DNA from: Squalus acanthias
Lineage: Eukaryota
Length of the DNA stretch: 64,000 nucleotides
Assembly (NCBI GenBank): GCA_030390025.1
Contig: CM059432.1
Span: forward strand, 68,884,001 to 68,948,000
Reading direction: 5' to 3'
Shown here: positions 60,209 through 64,000 of the stretch, one piece after another
Numbering within the stretch: position 1 is the stretch's first letter
How the letters are laid out: each line of letters starts with the position of its first letter
Translations under genes and position numbers: made by a program
The notes under the pieces: model-generated
Databases searched by the model: none
The model's input: the letters and a program-made list of their open reading frames with translations, nothing else
What the model was told of the DNA's origin: nothing

Positions 60209-62374
60209 GGGGAAGAAATTCGTGTTAGCCAGTAAAGTTGCCGGTGTCACTGGCAACTGGAGTTAAGGGCCGCTGAAAATGGCTGCAACGCTAACGGGGC
60301 AAAATTCGTCTGGGGGGTTGGAGATTGTTGGCGCAGTTCTTACCTTCTGTGCAATGCTGTCCTGTTGGTGTTGCTGGAGGCATCTGACCTGTTGTTCCTG
60401 TGGAAGTGAGGCTGTGGAGCTCATAAGGAATTGTGGGCAATGAAAAGGCCTGTGAATTAAAGGGGCCATGCACTCTGAAGTAATACAAATTAAAATGCAG
60501 TGAAACAAGGCAGTTTTAAGCCCTTTCTGCCTTTTAAAAAAATATTTAGCATTAAAAAGAAGTCCTAAATGTGAATATTCAGCTCTTAAAGCGGAATTAC
60601 CTTCCTAACATCAAAAAATGGGAAAACTGCCTCGGCACTAACACAAATGGCTCAGCAAGCCAGGGAAGAGGCACCCAGGGTCTCGTATGCAGCACTCCAG
60701 CTTTGTGCAGGGGGTCAACACTGCAAGAGAGGTCCTCTACCCACAGGGGCCAGGAGGCCCTCCAGAAAGAATGATGTGGGAGTACATCACCGAGGTCGTC
60801 AATGCCAGCAGTATAGTCCCCAACACCTGGCTCTAGTGCCCAAAGAAGCTTCATGACCTCAGACCATTAGTCAAGGTCAGTGAATGCATCTTCAAAAGCT
60901 GTCTCCTACCAACTGCACCACTAGCCTTACACTGCTCAATGCACGACTCCCGCCCCCAATCACTCACCTACCAACAATCTGCACCAATCACGAGGCACAT
61001 CTCCCATTCCTAGCCTCACCTCACCCCCTTGGAGGAGACGGTGCCGGCCATTCTTGGCAGGAGCATGGCTGAGCCCTTGGCCAGCGGCGAGGCTGAAAGG
61101 ATACAAGATGCTGGTATCCTCGTACGTTATCCTCCTTCTTACATGCACCTCATGCTTTCCCGCCCTCCTGTCACCACAATTCCACGCTTGTGCCTTCCTC
61201 ATTTAACTCACCCAAGAAATGCAGCCTGCTCAGCCAGTGGGTGACCAAGAAGAGGGAAAGGAGAGTAAAGAAGAAGAAGAAGAAGAAGAAGATTGATTTG
61301 ACACTCCTAGCCACCAGCGCCTCTCGGTCAACCATCAGGGCCATTTGCAGTGTCCCCCACTGAAAGCCAGCAGCCTTCCACCAGCCATGCTGCAGCAACT
61401 GGGGTAGCACTGCATGACATCAGTAGGATAGGCAAAGGCACAAACAAGACAGTCACTAAGAGAATGCATCTGGGTGATGAGTTGATTTCTTGATGTCACA
61501 TTAGATGGATAGATGTATATATGCAGTTGGATTGGAAAGTTTGCTTTATGGTGGCTTTGATTTCAGCATCATGGCCAAAAGGATGTTGTGATGGTCAGTA
61601 ACAGATGGAAGATAAGGTGTGGGACTAATATTGAAAGGGGAATTGGGGCTGTGGTCACTGGGGCTGCAGGCGGATGATTCCATCCCAGATATCCTGGCCG
61701 GGATGCATCCTTCCATCTGCTTCCTCCTCTTCTGCTTCCTCCTCTTTGGCTTCCTCCTCTGCTGTGTCTTCCTCTTCCCTCTGAGAGCGGATGCTGTAAA
61801 TCTGAAATGACAGCATAAAGTGCTAGGAATACTCAGCTGGTCAGGCAGCATCTCGATCTGAGATGTGAACTCTGTTTCTCTCTCCACAGATGTTGCCTGA
61901 CCTGCTGAGTATTTGCAGCATTTTCTGTCTTCTCAAAGGCCTTAATCTACCATCCGAGCCCTTGCAAGTATCCAGCAGCACTCCCTGCACACTTAAAAAC
62001 TTTTCACATCTATTGCAGCAAGCTGCCACTTCAATAAAATCAAAAAAAAACAGTCCAAAAGCTTAAATACAAACCTATCTGAACGATGTGTATGTCCCTT
62101 TAAGAGGAGCTGACATCGCCACTATCAGCCTGCTTGCAGGACCCAGCGCTGAATTCAATGCTAGGGTTGAAGTTTGCGTTTGTGACATTAATTCGGCGTT
62201 GCACGCTGATTGACGTCACAACACCACCATTTTGTTCGAGATGGCGCTGCCAGTTACCGGCAGTGCAAAGGTGGGGACGAAAATGGCGGCCACCGTGGGA
62301 ACCGCCGGCAGCTATCATTTTAGCGCCATTAAATGGCGCTACAGAGTGGCACTAAGGCCACAAATTTCGCACCC
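60209..62374. mobile_element. Nested deleted Harbinger derivative with Myb remnant
   Basis: Termini GGGGAAGAAATTCGTG / GGGTGCGAAATTTGTG (rc). MAQQAREEAPRVS..VPNTWL*CPKKLHDL. Acidic transposase-tail-like remnant on minus ~61650-61790. TSD unclear. Confidence 0.72.
61795..61930. repeat. Inverted pair of Penelope terminal fragments
   Basis: AATACTCAGCTGGTCAGGCAGCATCT ... AGATGTTGCCTGACCTGCTGAGTATT. Confidence 0.7.
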
Positions 62375-62668
62375 TCACTGCTAAAACCACTGCTCATTGA
62401 CTTACTGCTCAACAGGTGGGCCAATATCAGGTCCAGTCTAATTCCCAGTCATGTTTGGCACAGGCTTTATTCAGTACATAGAGGGGAGGTGCATTTATGC
62501 TACAGCATCTCATAGTCAATCCAGTTCCAACTTCACCTGGAAGCAGACAGCAGTGAATGCAGATGGCAGAGCCTCAGCACAGGGAGAGAGCCCACAGATT
62601 CTCAGATGCGGCTCTTGAGGCACTGCTGGTGGCCGTGGAGAGGAGGTGGGCTGTCCTCTTCCCGCAGA

Positions 62669-62756
62669 CTGGCAGGAGATAGCCACCTATGTGACGGCCA
62701 GCACATACATCTCGAAGGCTCTGGCAGGAGATAGCCACCTATGTGACGGCCAGCAC
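62669..62756. repeat. Perfect 36-bp direct repeat in decayed Myb exon 1
   Basis: CTGGCAGGAGATAGCCACCTATGTGACGGCCAGCAC at 62669-62704 and 62721-62756. Confidence 0.9.
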
Positions 62757-64000
62757 TGTGGTCCCAGGTCGGCAATCCAGTGCCAAAAGAAGTTTAATGA
62801 CCTCACACAGCAGGTCAAGGTGAGTGAAGGCTTCAGCAAATGCCATATCCCACCATCTGCACCACAAGCCGCACACACTGCTCAATGCACCGCACCCCCA
62901 TCACTCACCTACCAACAATCTCTACCTATCACCACTCAGACCTCAATCAGAGCTTCACTTAACACTCACAACCTTACCACTGCTGCAACACTCACACCCA
63001 CATCTCACACCTTGCCCACACTGATAGCTATTCAACTCTGGCAGTCACATCACCCAAACACATTGCACCGCACTCACTCACACTCATTCCACAATCTTTT
63101 CTCACTTTCAAGCTGCTGATGCTGTATGCATGCATATCTTGCTTTCTCTCTCCTTGCCTCACCATAACTTGACTCTTGTGCCTTTCTGCTTTCAGCTAAT
63201 CAAGAATAAGCACCAGACCAGCCTGTCCCCAAGGTGCTGCAGGAGAGTGAGGGGGCAGAAGAGGAAGAAGAAGACACAGCGTCACTGCATCTCTCACTCG
63301 CAGACACCAGCTCAGAAACTGGCACTGCACATACTTTAGAGGCTAGTGTAGAAGCTTAATCTGCACATGGCGAGGCACCGGGCATGAGTGGGCTGCAGCA
63401 AGGCCAGGGGGAAAGGGTAGCTCGGGGGCCAGAGGGCGAGTTCGCGCGTGAGTTCTGCTGCACAGGACTCAGATGAGGACCTCAATGGGGCGCCCTTCAG
63501 ACGGATTGCTAGGTGCAATGGCAAGCCTGCCAGAGACCCTCTTGGCAATGTCAAGCAGCATGGAGGAGTCCGCCTCCAACATTGCACTGGGCTCTGTGCA
63601 GAGGTTGGAGCGCAGGATTTCCAGGCTGGAACTGAGGAGAGCTTTGGGTTGACAATCTTCCCACCAGTTTATACGAACTGGAATCTGAACCTATCCAAAT
63701 CAGCATCAGTACCAGAGCCACTGCTGAAATTTGTCTTGTTTACGCTGGCATTGATTGAGAACCAATACTTCAGGTTATTAATAGTAGTAAGTGAAGGTGA
63801 GATATCAGGGCAAATCCAATCATATTTTGCCATGACTGCCTGATACGTACGTTGTCTGACACATACACTGACTTGTGATACCAACTAGAAATACTGGGAT
63901 CTCAATCAGACAGGTTACACCAGACTGATTTAAATTGATTTATTTTTCAAACAGTTTTAAACTAGTGTCTCAAAGTGGGATTTTTAATTTCAGTCCAAGC

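Larger units (their letters stand above)
60077..63630 (+). mobile_element. Truncated Harbinger element (9808 family) with Myb pseudogene (~62560-63620), split by a nested Harbinger
   Basis: Starts GGCCTAAAAATTGG. Sequence on either side of 60209-62374 is collinear with 9900-9990. MAEPQHRERAHRFSDAALEALL..QCQKKFNDLTQQVK|gtgagt. Confidence 0.8.

Noticed and set aside
62669..62756. 36-bp direct repeats with a spacer, superficially CRISPR-like
   Set aside because: Only two units, a 16-bp spacer, located inside a Myb exon, no cas genes and a eukaryotic context.

Overview
This is eukaryotic, repeat-dominated DNA. The repeat complement (Deu-domain SINEs of the SacSINE1/AmnSINE type, CR1 LINEs with ATTCTATG tails, L2, Penelope) suggests a cartilaginous fish; that assignment is an inference. 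I found no convincing host-gene exon, and no prokaryotic features, CRISPR array or rRNA. The centrepiece is a near-intact 4,148-bp PIF/Harbinger DNA transposon (19488-23635; TIRs, TTT target duplication). It carries an uninterrupted 386-aa DDE transposase and a convergent three-exon Myb/SANT-like partner gene broken by a single nonsense codon. Around it lie about 15 related deletion derivatives and MITEs sharing a GGSSNNRAWWTT terminus. Penelope-like retroelement ends carry minimal hammerhead ribozyme motifs of two covarying sequence families; the copy at 979-1016 has an intact core. A multi-layer nested insertion stack occupies 47.3-52.7 kb. Boundaries without a stated TIR or TSD are approximate, read by eye.
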